A DNA stretch of 64,000 nt from Octopus sinensis (Eukaryota), in contig NC_042998.1 of the NCBI RefSeq assembly GCF_006345805.1, positions 88,846,001-88,910,000 on the forward strand. Reading direction: 5' to 3'. Numbering within the stretch: the stretch's first letter is position 1; each line of letters starts with the position of its first letter. The translations under genes were made by a program, and so were the position numbers. Below the pieces are notes generated by a model, which had not been told where the DNA came from, searched no databases, and saw nothing but the letters and a program-made list of their open reading frames with translations. This document shows positions 63,641 to 64,000 of this stretch, in pieces.

Positions 63641-64000
63641 TGACTACACACACACTCACACATACATGTATATATTGATCAGCAGAAAGACTGATATATA
63701 GGTTTGTGTGTGTGTATATATATATGTGTGCTTGTGTATACACATGCACACACACACACATGTAAAAAGCACGTGAAAAGCACCATTCGAGCGTGGTCAA
63801 TACCAGTGCTGGCTGACTGGTCCTGTGCCGATAGCATGTAAAAAACATCATTCAAGCATGGTTGTTTCCAGTGCCGCCTAATTGGCTCCCATGCCACTGG
63901 CACATAAAAACAACATTCAAGCATAGTCGATGCCTGTACCACCTGACTGGCCCTCGTGCCAGTGGCATGTAAAAAGCATCCACTACACTCTTGGAGTGGT

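Overview
AT-rich, CpG-depleted, microsatellite-rich eukaryotic DNA with two 100-N gaps. The repeat families look like those of an octopus genome (inference). Nearly all ORFs in the track are artefacts of (TA)n/(TG)n repeats. The only host-gene piece I can identify is one 122-nt coding exon (41991-42112, +) of a hyccin/FAM126 homologue, so most of the window is probably intronic. The rest is decayed mobile DNA: several tRNA-derived SINE families; RTE, R4/Dong, CR1/L2-like and L1/Tx1-like LINE fragments; mariner and maT-like relics; two copies of a non-autonomous Helitron; a Helentron-like element; and a 2.7-kb degenerate piggyBac whose ends match short TTAA MITEs in the window. The most notable structural signals are (i) a 346-bp palindrome with a minimal hammerhead-ribozyme motif in each arm, (ii) a 117-bp-arm palindrome whose junctions reconstruct a quasi-palindrome template switch inside a SINE/LINE-ORF1 chimera, present as two tandem copies, and (iii) about ten further foldbacks spread through the presumed intron. 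I found no convincing novel protein-coding system. All family assignments come from motif recognition, not database searches, and repeat boundaries are approximate.
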